Source: Bacilli bacterium (GTDB lineage Bacteria > Bacillota_I > Bacilli_A > RF39 > UBA660). Taken from it: a stretch of 64,000 nucleotides of DNA. The stretch lies in assembly GCA_045649455.1 (NCBI GenBank), contig JAZRPV010000058.1:106-64105 (forward strand). Reading direction: 5' to 3'. The notes under the pieces were generated by a model. The model searched no databases, had not been told where the DNA came from, and saw only the letters and a list, made by a program, of their open reading frames with translations. The translations under genes and the position numbers were made by a program. Numbering within the stretch: the first letter of the stretch is position 1; each line of letters starts with the position of its first letter. This document shows, in pieces, positions 34,465 to 43,235 of this stretch.

Positions 34465-36261
34465 CTATGCTGCTTGTGGAGTTGAATCTAATGCTACTGG
34501 AGGGTTAACAGTTCCTGGCATTTGTGCATTAATATCAATAGCAGGTGCTGCAGGTTGAATATTAATGATTGGTTCTGTTGCAGGATTTGGGGCAACTACT
34601 GTTGGTGGTGGTAATGGTACTGGTGCTTCTCCCATTGTTTGTGTTGGAAGAACTGGTGTTTCTGTTGGCATTACAACTTGATTTTCAACAGGTATTGCTA
34701 CCTCCGGTTGAACTGGTATTTGTTGAGGTTGTTCTACAGGCATCACTGCTTCCATTGGCATAGGTGCAACAACTTGTTCCATTGACAATGGTTGCTCTAC
34801 TGGAGCAATTGGTGCAGCTTCTACTACTGGAGCTTGACCTTCAATTGGAATAACTGGTTCCATTGGAAGTATTGGTTGTTCTACAGTTGTTTCTGTTGGA
34901 AGTACTGCAAAATCAGCTGTATTTACTTCAGTTGGAAGCGCTGTATCAGTTGGCATTTCTAATGGATTTTCTGTAGATTGTTCTACTGGAATTGCTTCTG
35001 TAGGCATTTCAACAGGAGCTTCAGTTATCATTTCAGTAGTAGGTTCTTCTACTACTTCTGTTGATACTTCTTCAGTAGTTACTGGTTCAGTAACTTGTTC
35101 ATCAGTTGAAACTGCTTCTGTAGTAGTTTCTTCCACTGGTTCTGTAACCTCTTCATTTGATTCATCCATATTAAAATCTTCTTGAGATTTGATTGGGAAA
35201 TCCTCTGGTAAATTTTCAATGATATGAGATACATCAATATTTTGATTTTCTAGATATTGACATAAGTGATCACTTGGTTTACGCATAACAGGTGTTTGCC
35301 CATATATTTTTTGATAAATTGTTCTGGATATTGGTTTTTGATTATCATCAACATAGAATTCTGTTACTTCATCTAATTCACGATGGAATTTTCCATATTG
35401 CTTACTATAATAAGCTTTAATATGAACTCCTAATTGAATGTAACGATAAATTGTTGATAAGAATTGATTAACATCTAAGTCTGTTTCCATTAATGAATAA
35501 AGACGATAAGGAATTGCCGATGCTTTATCAGCATGGATTGTAGATAAGATGTTGTGTCCAGATGATATTGAGTTACGTACTGCTGAAACAGCTTCAGCAC
35601 TACGAACTTCGGAAAGTAGAATCCACTTTGGATTTTGACGCATACATGTAACTAATACATCTGAGTAACTAGCTACATTATTTGTCTTCATTGCAACAAT
35701 ATCTCTTTGTGGGAAGATTTTGTCTAAGTGTAATTCTAATGTATCTTCAATTGTAATAATTTTTTCATTAACTTTTGTATGACTTGCTAGATATTTAACG
35801 AACTCAGTTTTACCTGAACCAGTTTCTCCAGCAACCATTATATTACAGTGACCCTCTACACATTTAATTAGGAAGTCATGTATATCTTGAGTAAAGTAGT
35901 CTTCTTTCATCAACTTTTCTTTTTCAAGACGAATCTTAGCTGGTGTTTTACGGATAACTAATGCTATACCGTTTGTCGCTATAGATTGGTGTACGAAGTT
36001 CATACGTAGTTCAGCAGACTCCGCATCTAGGAAAGGTTTAGCATTATTAAATGTTGTTCCCATTACATTGGAACATTGGAATGCTAACTTTTCAATAAAA
36101 TCTGGAGTTGCTCCTGCTACTTCTACTCTCATGGATCCTTGAGTTAAAGAACGAATCCATATCTGTCCGTTGTTGTCATATGAAATATCGGTAATGTCAT
36201 CATTATCCAATAGTGGTTTTAGTGGTCCAAAGTCTAATTTGTCAAATATATTTTCATTCAT
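34465..36261 (-). CDS. CpaF/TadA/VirB11-superfamily secretion ATPase with a ~230-aa P/E/V/T-rich C-terminal extension
   Basis: LRMNFVHQSIATNGIALVIRK, Walker A VAGETGSGKTEF, ITIEDTLEL, Walker B WILLSEVRSAEA, His box LSTIHA. A low-complexity tail follows (TEPVEETTTEAV...PVEQPQQIPVQPEVAIPVE...). Confidence 0.85.
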   Translation of the reverse strand: MNENIFDKLDFGPLKPLLDNDDITDISYDNNGQIWIRSLTQGSMRVEVAGATPDFIEKLAFQCSNVMGTTFNNAKPFLDAESAELRMNFVHQSIATNGIALVIRKTPAKIRLEKEKLMKEDYFTQDIHDFLIKCVEGHCNIMVAGETGSGKTEFVKYLASHTKVNEKIITIEDTLELHLDKIFPQRDIVAMKTNNVASYSDVLVTCMRQNPKWILLSEVRSAEAVSAVRNSISSGHNILSTIHADKASAIPYRLYSLMETDLDVNQFLSTIYRYIQLGVHIKAYYSKQYGKFHRELDEVTEFYVDDNQKPISRTIYQKIYGQTPVMRKPSDHLCQYLENQNIDVSHIIENLPEDFPIKSQEDFNMDESNEEVTEPVEETTTEAVSTDEQVTEPVTTEEVSTEVVEEPTTEMITEAPVEMPTEAIPVEQSTENPLEMPTDTALPTEVNTADFAVLPTETTVEQPILPMEPVIPIEGQAPVVEAAPIAPVEQPLSMEQVVAPMPMEAVMPVEQPQQIPVQPEVAIPVENQVVMPTETPVLPTQTMGEAPVPLPPPTVVAPNPATEPIINIQPAAPAIDINAQMPGTVNPPVALDSTPQAA

Positions 36262-36299
36262 TTAACTCACATCCCTTTACTTACTCTTTTTTCTTCTTT

Positions 36300-37106
36300 T
36301 TATGTTTCAGACCAAACAGTAACTTTGTTGATCCAATCTTTTAATTGTTCACTACTAATTTCTAAGTCCCCAGGAGTATCTTTTAATCCTTCATTTGTAG
36401 GAACTGGAATTAGTGTTGAATCATATGTTCTTAAATATTCTGCTTTCTTTAATAAAATGTAATATTCTTCTGGTACAGCAAATACAATCATCGATGGAAC
36501 TCTTTGTTCATCTAAGTTTGCAAATACTGGTTTACCATTTGAATCTTTTACCGCAAGTACTTCTACGTTAGAAATAAATTTTCCTAACATGATTTTATCA
36601 GCATCAGCAGTCATTGTTTCACCATCAGAAAGTTTATTAACTGCTTTTAGATAAATATCAATGTAGTTTCCTGGATAAATTGAGTTTCCATATGTTGTTG
36701 CTGTTGTAACTGATAAATTATAAAGTACGTATCCTTTTGGATATTCTAAGATAATATTTGCAGGTAATTGTTCTTTAGATACTACTGTTCTATTGAAGAA
36801 GAAACTTCCTTCTGGAATTACAGTATCTGCTGCTGAATATTTATCCACGATATCTAATTGATTTCTCATTACTTTTTCAGATAACATTGATTCAGTTACT
36901 TGTCTTGTTCCAATCATATCTGAGGTAATTTGCGTACCTGGATTAATTTGTACTTTAGCATATGGAACTGTTATTGGACTTAATTCTGATTGAATTCTCA
37001 TATTATATCCAACATATAATACTACAAACGCTAATACTACACCAACGATTGTTACTGTATTTTTATTTGAAAATAATCGTCCAATTGATTGTGTTAAGTT
37101 TCCCAT
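36300..37106 (-). CDS. CpaB/RcpC-like Flp pilus assembly protein (SAF domain)
   Basis: N-terminal TM (VTIVGVVLAFVVLYVGY) and a SAF-like segment ITVPYAKVQINPGTQITSDMIGTRQV. Sits immediately upstream of the ATPase. Confidence 0.6.
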   Translation of the reverse strand: MGNLTQSIGRLFSNKNTVTIVGVVLAFVVLYVGYNMRIQSELSPITVPYAKVQINPGTQITSDMIGTRQVTESMLSEKVMRNQLDIVDKYSAADTVIPEGSFFFNRTVVSKEQLPANIILEYPKGYVLYNLSVTTATTYGNSIYPGNYIDIYLKAVNKLSDGETMTADADKIMLGKFISNVEVLAVKDSNGKPVFANLDEQRVPSMIVFAVPEEYYILLKKAEYLRTYDSTLIPVPTNEGLKDTPGDLEISSEQLKDWINKVTVWSET

Positions 37107-37123
37107 TTTTATCCCCTTTCTTT

Positions 37124-37630
37124 TTAATCTGTTAATTCTGTTTTCTTTTTAACTTGATTGTTACTACGTTTGTCTAAAGCTTTACCCATATCATCATTTA
37201 AGTCTCCTAATGATTTTTCTGTAAATAAATCTTCTGTATATGTTGTTTCAAGAATTGAATCAACACTAGTTGAGATGTTTGCAGCTGATCCTGAGAAGCT
37301 TAATGCTGTTAATGAGTCAATTTTAACACTTACTTTAGGTGGAACTTCATTAATATCATAAAAACTAATATTATAAGTTCTTGTGTTATCTACACTATCA
37401 GCAAATCGACGAAGGAAGCTCTCAATGAACTTCTCCTTGTCGATTCTATATAATGAGTTAAGTCGATAGAATTCCATATCTACTGAATCTTCCATAGCGG
37501 CTTCAACTGTTTCTTTTACTAAGTAGTAGTCTAATTCTCCACCTGTTGAATAGTTTGTAATAACGTTAATTAGTAATAGTGCCATGATTGCTAGCATAAT
37601 TACTCCTACTGTTAACATACCCTTGTTCAT
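37124..37630 (-). CDS. Bitopic membrane protein, pseudopilin-like N-terminus
   Basis: MNKGMLTVGVIMLAIMALLLINVI helix followed by a ~140-aa soluble domain. No family recognised. Confidence 0.45.
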   Translation of the reverse strand: MNKGMLTVGVIMLAIMALLLINVITNYSTGGELDYYLVKETVEAAMEDSVDMEFYRLNSLYRIDKEKFIESFLRRFADSVDNTRTYNISFYDINEVPPKVSVKIDSLTALSFSGSAANISTSVDSILETTYTEDLFTEKSLGDLNDDMGKALDKRSNNQVKKKTELTD

Positions 37631-37647
37631 ATATTAAATTCTACCTC

Positions 37648-40485
37648 CTATTCGTTATTTACACCAGGAGAACCAATTGTTACAACTGCTTTTGTATCTA
37701 ATATATTTGGTTCTTCTCCAACAATTCTAAATAAGTTACTTTGATATGACATAACTCCGTTGATTGATGAAGTGTCTCCTAGCCATTCTGTATAGTTATA
37801 TTTTTTATTATATCTTCTTAATGTTGTTAAATCTGAAGGTGTTAATGTGAATTCATAATCTGGATCTTCTGCATAAATTGAATCAGCATTTGCTTCAATT
37901 GATTCTTTTAAGTCTTCTGGATTAATCTTATATTTATCATTCTTTTGACTTAAGATTGTTGCTTTTGATGTCCAGTTGAATCCGATTTCTCTACGTTGAG
38001 CTTCAGTTACATTCATTCCACTATTAGGGAATAGGTTTCCTCTATCTACAGCTCTAATAATATATCCTGCAGTTTCTTCAATTTCATCAGGTGCTGCTGC
38101 AGCTCCTCTTCCTCCAGGTTGATTATTAATTGCGTAGAAACATTTTGTTGTTAAATCCCATCCGAAGTATCCAAAGTCTTTAGCAATTGCTTCAATGTTG
38201 TATCCATCAGATGTTCCTGTTTTAGCTGTTACTGCTGGTGCAGTTCCAACTCCATTATTTGTAACTTTCCATGTCCACCAGTTTGCATTTACTGTTTTTG
38301 CATTTAGTGGGATACAGAATTTTTTATTTTCTAAATACCATCCTGATAAATCATCTGGTGTTGAGAATGAAATTTCACCAGTCTTATTATTGATGTAAGT
38401 TCCTGGGAATCCCCATTCTGTTAAGTACCATCTATTGTTATCTGAACTTGCATAACATCCATCATAATCAATTATTGTACTTGAATCATTTTTAAATCCA
38501 ATTCCATCAGTGAATGTATCTTTTGCTAATGCGTTATATTCATTAGTTCCTTCATTTGGATTTGTTTTATGTTGTGAGTTTGAAGTATATGGATAATATA
38601 CTTTATGAACTGTATATGGTTCTTCTCCATCTTTAGTATCATACTTAACTGCAATTGTGAATGTTGCTGTTTTCTTTGAACATGTTGCAGCAGCTTTACA
38701 AGCACTTACTGCACTGTTATATAATTCAATATTCTTAGCGTCATCAGCTACTCCTGAACCTGGGTTAAGGTATCTTCCTCTTGCAACTGTTTCGCCTCTC
38801 CACCAACAGATATCTGTACATAAGCTTCCGTTAGATTTTATTTGACGTTTAAATCCATTTTCATCAGCAATATAGTTAACTCCATTGATCTTCATAGATA
38901 GTCCTCTACCTGAATCAATGTAGAAACGAGATAATGATGCTGGATCATAACGATCGTATGTATTTGGATCTTCTCTCCAGAAAATTTCATCTCCAGATCT
39001 AATGAAGCATCCATCTGGGTTATCAATTAAACATTGATCTAATGTGTAATTAATTTTTGAAATTCCATTATTTGCTACGTTAGCATAATTAATTTTTAAA
39101 TTTTTATTATCTTTATAAACTTGTTTATAACATTTTAAACTACAACTTTGTGTGTACTTTCCACCGTCACAGTTTTTAATACATCTTTCAAAGTCTTCTG
39201 TTGGACCGGCTCTAGGATATGGTCTCATTTTGTTTTCTTGTGACTTACAAGCTCCTTCAGGATAATCATATTGTCCGTCATATGTTTTTGGTTTTGAATC
39301 GGCTTTTACGTCTGCGCTACATTTTACATAACTTTCAACTTTAACTGTATATTCGAAACATAATCCAGCTTTAGAAGCTACTGGTGGACCATATTCTACT
39401 TTTACAGCTTCTTCACAAACTCTATCACATACAGTTTTTGTTACTTTTTCTACATCACCAGGTGCATAGTTATATGTATATTCTACTGTTTGTGAATCAG
39501 TAATTTGTGTTGAATAATAACTTTGTGATGCTCTTTCAGTTTGAGTTGTTGCACACTTAGTTTCATATGATAATGCTGTTCCTTTTGGAACTGGTGCAGT
39601 TAATGTACCATTTGTTTTTCCTGCCGCAATTGCCGCATTTTTAATAGCATTAAATGTTTCATTGAAACTTGCTGTTCCACCAGATACTGGTGTTGAGTAT
39701 TGTTTCCAGATTGAAATGGCATCTCCAATCATTTCTGTTAATTTTTTATCGTCATATACATGATTTTTATTAACTCTAGCATTGAAACAATAAGGAATTA
39801 ATTCTGCATAGTATTGTTTTCCTTCTTGAGATACTGCTGCATAGTTATATTTATCAAAATCATCTTTCTTTATTACTGTGATTGAATTAAATTGATTTGT
39901 ATCATAAACTCCTGTAATAAAGTTTGTACAAATTTTACCAGGACCTACATGCGGATTATCAATTGTTTGGTCACCTTGATAAATGCTTGCTGTTCCTCCG
40001 ATCATTGCTTCATATTCTAAGTCAATATAGAAGATACTGTATTCCATATTATTAGTTTTAGCATATTCTTCATCATCTAATCCTAAACATCCAGCTTGGA
40101 TATCAGTAGTTTTCATTGTTACTTCAACTGCTGCTTTTCCATTTACTGCATCAATATTTAAGTATAGCGGTTGATCTTTTTTGATGATACCTAATGTATT
40201 GATATCTCCAACTAATGTTCCTGAAGTAACTTTTGTTACTTTAAATTCAGTATCTCCAGCATCACTACCATTTACATCAATGATGTATTGATTTCCTGCT
40301 GCATCAACTTTTCTTAACTCTAAATCATATTTTGATGAAATTGTAGATATATTACATTTACTTTCATATTTTTGTAATCTTTCTTCTTGTGTTTCTGCTA
40401 AAACGTCATATCCAAATGTAACTAATCCAATTGCTGCAACTGCTGCTGTTAATTTAAATAACTTTTTACATTTCAACATTTTCAT
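37648..40485 (-). CDS. Large secreted Cys-rich protein (candidate adhesin or fibre-tip protein)
   Basis: Sec signal peptide (MKMLKCKKLFKLTAAVAAIGLVTFGYDVLA/ETQ). 945 aa with about two dozen Cys, often in close pairs (CDRVCEE, CIKNCDGG...CSLKC, CLIDNPDGC, CTDIC, CKAAATC). No LPXTG or TM tail. Confidence 0.6.
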   Translation of the reverse strand: MKMLKCKKLFKLTAAVAAIGLVTFGYDVLAETQEERLQKYESKCNISTISSKYDLELRKVDAAGNQYIIDVNGSDAGDTEFKVTKVTSGTLVGDINTLGIIKKDQPLYLNIDAVNGKAAVEVTMKTTDIQAGCLGLDDEEYAKTNNMEYSIFYIDLEYEAMIGGTASIYQGDQTIDNPHVGPGKICTNFITGVYDTNQFNSITVIKKDDFDKYNYAAVSQEGKQYYAELIPYCFNARVNKNHVYDDKKLTEMIGDAISIWKQYSTPVSGGTASFNETFNAIKNAAIAAGKTNGTLTAPVPKGTALSYETKCATTQTERASQSYYSTQITDSQTVEYTYNYAPGDVEKVTKTVCDRVCEEAVKVEYGPPVASKAGLCFEYTVKVESYVKCSADVKADSKPKTYDGQYDYPEGACKSQENKMRPYPRAGPTEDFERCIKNCDGGKYTQSCSLKCYKQVYKDNKNLKINYANVANNGISKINYTLDQCLIDNPDGCFIRSGDEIFWREDPNTYDRYDPASLSRFYIDSGRGLSMKINGVNYIADENGFKRQIKSNGSLCTDICWWRGETVARGRYLNPGSGVADDAKNIELYNSAVSACKAAATCSKKTATFTIAVKYDTKDGEEPYTVHKVYYPYTSNSQHKTNPNEGTNEYNALAKDTFTDGIGFKNDSSTIIDYDGCYASSDNNRWYLTEWGFPGTYINNKTGEISFSTPDDLSGWYLENKKFCIPLNAKTVNANWWTWKVTNNGVGTAPAVTAKTGTSDGYNIEAIAKDFGYFGWDLTTKCFYAINNQPGGRGAAAAPDEIEETAGYIIRAVDRGNLFPNSGMNVTEAQRREIGFNWTSKATILSQKNDKYKINPEDLKESIEANADSIYAEDPDYEFTLTPSDLTTLRRYNKKYNYTEWLGDTSSINGVMSYQSNLFRIVGEEPNILDTKAVVTIGSPGVNNE

Positions 40486-41302
40486 CTACTCCTTTCATCA
40501 AGTTCTTTACTTCTTTGTAATTTGAACTTTCTTTTACTTCATAGTTTGTAGTTTTTGAATTATTATCAATCATCTTACCTACAACTAAGAATTGTTTTTT
40601 ATCATTACCATACATTCTTGTACATGTAATTAAACTTATTACTTTTTCATCTTTATTTACTTCTACATCGTATTTATATAGACTCTTATCTAAACTTCTT
40701 TGAATAAAATCAGCTACTTCTTCATCTTTATATTCATCTGGATTATATAAATCTAAGTTATATATTTCATCAAAATATACTGCGAAAATTTGATATAAAT
40801 AATTCTTTCCATCTATTGTATATTGAATATATTGATTTTCTTTAGCAAAGTCTAAATATACAAATGCCATTAAATCTTCAAATCTTGTAAAGTAGTCTAG
40901 TCCTACTTCTGGTTTTGTTGAAAGATTTAATACATTGTGTCCTTGAATATTTACTCTCTTTTGGATTTTTTCTTCTGGATATTCGTTCCATAGGTAATCA
41001 TCCTTATTAACTTTATCCATACTTTCTACTGAGTCATATTTAATGATTGGTGTATCTATTTTAGTACCTTGAACTCTTAACCAACCAATTGTTGTATAGC
41101 CGTTTTCATTTTTTTCTTTTTTCTTTTCTTTTTTTATGTTTTTAACTCTATCAACTGTTTTAAAAGTTGATGATGTTGCATTATTTGAAAAGTATACTAT
41201 CAATCCTACTGGAATCGATACTACCAAGATAAATGCTAAACATGCTAGAACTAACCTTGCAAGTTGTCGTTTTTGCTTTTTTGTCAGTCTCTTCTTTGCC
41301 AT
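40466..41302 (-). CDS. Class B sortase-like protein (catalytic Arg position apparently Gln)
   Basis: N-terminal TM, TIGWLRVQGTKIDTPII, His motif NIQGHN, Cys motif SLITCTR. The residue aligned by eye to the SrtB catalytic Arg (K-R-IVVV) reads K-Q-FLVV. Confidence 0.6.
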   Translation of the reverse strand: MAKKRLTKKQKRQLARLVLACLAFILVVSIPVGLIVYFSNNATSSTFKTVDRVKNIKKEKKKEKNENGYTTIGWLRVQGTKIDTPIIKYDSVESMDKVNKDDYLWNEYPEEKIQKRVNIQGHNVLNLSTKPEVGLDYFTRFEDLMAFVYLDFAKENQYIQYTIDGKNYLYQIFAVYFDEIYNLDLYNPDEYKDEEVADFIQRSLDKSLYKYDVEVNKDEKVISLITCTRMYGNDKKQFLVVGKMIDNNSKTTNYEVKESSNYKEVKNLMKGVDENVEM

Positions 41303-41314
41303 TTTCTCACCTTC

Positions 41315-43225
41315 CTATTTTGTTATATTATAAGGATTATCAAAAGTACCTTTTCCTTTTGTAATCATTATATTTTCATTTAAGTTTCCAACTACACGAA
41401 TTCCATATAGGTCGTAGTCTCCAACTGTTGTAAGAATTACTCCTATATCTGTCATCACTGCTTTTGTAAATTCTTGTTTAGATGAATTTATTAACCAGTG
41501 TGCTTTCATATTTCCCCTAGTATATGTGTAGGCACTGAACATTTCATATATATTAGGTGCTGAAAGTTTTACTTTATATTTCTTTGTAGTTGATTGTTTA
41601 CCATATTGAATTTCTCCATCGTATATTGGAACTTCAACATTTTTATTTACAAAATAACTTGTATCTACATATTCACTTACTTTATTTTTTATAAAGTAAC
41701 CAATGTTTCCTTTTTCAGTTGGATTATATACTTTTGATTTAGATTGATAATATGTTTGTACTTTTTTATTATCTTTTGATTTAATACTTTCCATAGAGAT
41801 TATCTTTGTTGTTCCATCTTTATTTACTTCTACTATTCTCCATAGCATTCCGGAATACTTAATGAATTCTCCAGGAGTTCTAGTATTAATCTTATCATCA
41901 ACTTTTCCTTTAGGTGTTTCCCCTAAATTGTATGGACTTTTATAAGTACCAGTTCCACTTTTTATTAGTGAATCTCCTTTTATTGTTATTACAGGTCTTA
42001 CTCCATAGTTATATGTTTTTTTATCTTCTAGATATGATTTACCATCTGCATAAGTGAATACATCTACTGTATAAGCACTTTCGTCGTTTTGTTCATTTGC
42101 TAACCATGAGATTGTTTGTGTAATTAAATAATTACCTTCATCTGAATGAGCTTTATTTACATCTTGTGCTGATAGTATGTAACTATTAAGTTTCTTTGTA
42201 TAAGAATTACATTCTAATAAGTCGTGTGGAGCATTAGTTAATGTTTCATTACAGTATTTATTCTTTACGATTAATTTCTTCGCACCATCTGATAAATGGT
42301 CGTAAAAATAATCCATCCATTTATTTATACCAGCAAAGTTAACGTTTGCGATATCTTCATAAGCAACTAATCTTACATTCTTTCCATCAGTATCAAGGAT
42401 TCTCCATAGCATACCTGATAAATAAATATAATTATTAGGATCTTTTCCACTATAGTAATTTGCATTAACTGTATCTTTTGAAACTATACTTTTTAACTTT
42501 GCTATTACTTTTACTTTTCTTGTAACTGTTGTTTTATTACTTAACTTATCAGTTGCAATATATTTAATTTCATATTCACCAATTTCATTTGTATTAAGAC
42601 CACTTGATTTTATTACTACATCTTTATTATCAAGTTTTCCGTCTTTTTTATCTTTAACACTTTTTACTCCTGGCTCTTCGTATGTTTCCCCAAGACCAAT
42701 TGTCATTTCTTCTTTTCCATTTAGTTCAATAACTGGACCTTCATGGTCAACATCTGATTCTTGAAGTCCACATTTTAAGTATGTGTAGTATTTATATTCA
42801 CCATTTTCTTTTCTAACCTTTACCCAACTATTTTGTGAGTCACATGGTTTTGTGCTATTTGGTATATATAAATCTTTTGTTAAAAAAGCTTTGTCATATA
42901 GTTGTTGGATTGAAAGAGTTGCTACTCTTTCTCCTGTTGGAAGTTGACTATAATTAAATTCATAGTAACGTCTAGCAGCTTCCTCTACTATTTTTTCGTT
43001 ATTTTTAAAGTCTATTGTAGGTTTTATCATAAATTGCCAAACAATAAATATTAATAACGCACTTAAGACTAAGATTAAACTTAGTCTTATAAAATTATCT
43101 ATACCAACACTTGATGATTGTTCTGGTTGGTTCAAAACTTCTTTAATTTCATCCTTAACTTTATTTATAGGATTGGATGTCTTTTGTTCTGAAACAACTT
43201 GTTCTTCTTTTTTTTCTTCGTTCAT
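41315..43225 (-). CDS. Membrane-anchored surface protein: Ig-like (DUF5011-like) domain + two WRI/NPY modules
   Basis: N-terminal TM (LSLILVLSALLIFIVWQFMI), an Ig-like segment (GPVIELNGKEEMTIGLGETYEEPGVKS...YEIKYIATDKLSNKTTVTRKVKVI), and two repeats containing MLWRILDTDG.../MLWRIVEVNKDG... and RPVITIKGDSLIKSGTGTYKSPYNL / ...ITKGKGTFDNPYNITK. Confidence 0.6.
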   Translation of the reverse strand: MNEEKKEEQVVSEQKTSNPINKVKDEIKEVLNQPEQSSSVGIDNFIRLSLILVLSALLIFIVWQFMIKPTIDFKNNEKIVEEAARRYYEFNYSQLPTGERVATLSIQQLYDKAFLTKDLYIPNSTKPCDSQNSWVKVRKENGEYKYYTYLKCGLQESDVDHEGPVIELNGKEEMTIGLGETYEEPGVKSVKDKKDGKLDNKDVVIKSSGLNTNEIGEYEIKYIATDKLSNKTTVTRKVKVIAKLKSIVSKDTVNANYYSGKDPNNYIYLSGMLWRILDTDGKNVRLVAYEDIANVNFAGINKWMDYFYDHLSDGAKKLIVKNKYCNETLTNAPHDLLECNSYTKKLNSYILSAQDVNKAHSDEGNYLITQTISWLANEQNDESAYTVDVFTYADGKSYLEDKKTYNYGVRPVITIKGDSLIKSGTGTYKSPYNLGETPKGKVDDKINTRTPGEFIKYSGMLWRIVEVNKDGTTKIISMESIKSKDNKKVQTYYQSKSKVYNPTEKGNIGYFIKNKVSEYVDTSYFVNKNVEVPIYDGEIQYGKQSTTKKYKVKLSAPNIYEMFSAYTYTRGNMKAHWLINSSKQEFTKAVMTDIGVILTTVGDYDLYGIRVVGNLNENIMITKGKGTFDNPYNITK

Positions 43226-43235
43226 AACACCCCTC

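Noticed and set aside
34465-35170. Repetitive, GC-richer DNA considered as a tandem repeat or CRISPR-like array
   Set aside because: There are no regularly spaced identical repeats. The region stays in frame with the ATPase ORF for ~230 codons and encodes degenerate P/E/V/T peptide repeats, so it is coding low complexity rather than an array. The 64-aa plus-strand ORF at 34569-34763 is its antisense artefact.
37648-37690. C-terminal ...TIGSPGVNNE of the 945-aa protein as a possible SPxTG-type sortase signal
   Set aside because: No hydrophobic tail or basic anchor follows it, and the motif is not SPxTG. It is therefore not a credible cell-wall sorting signal.
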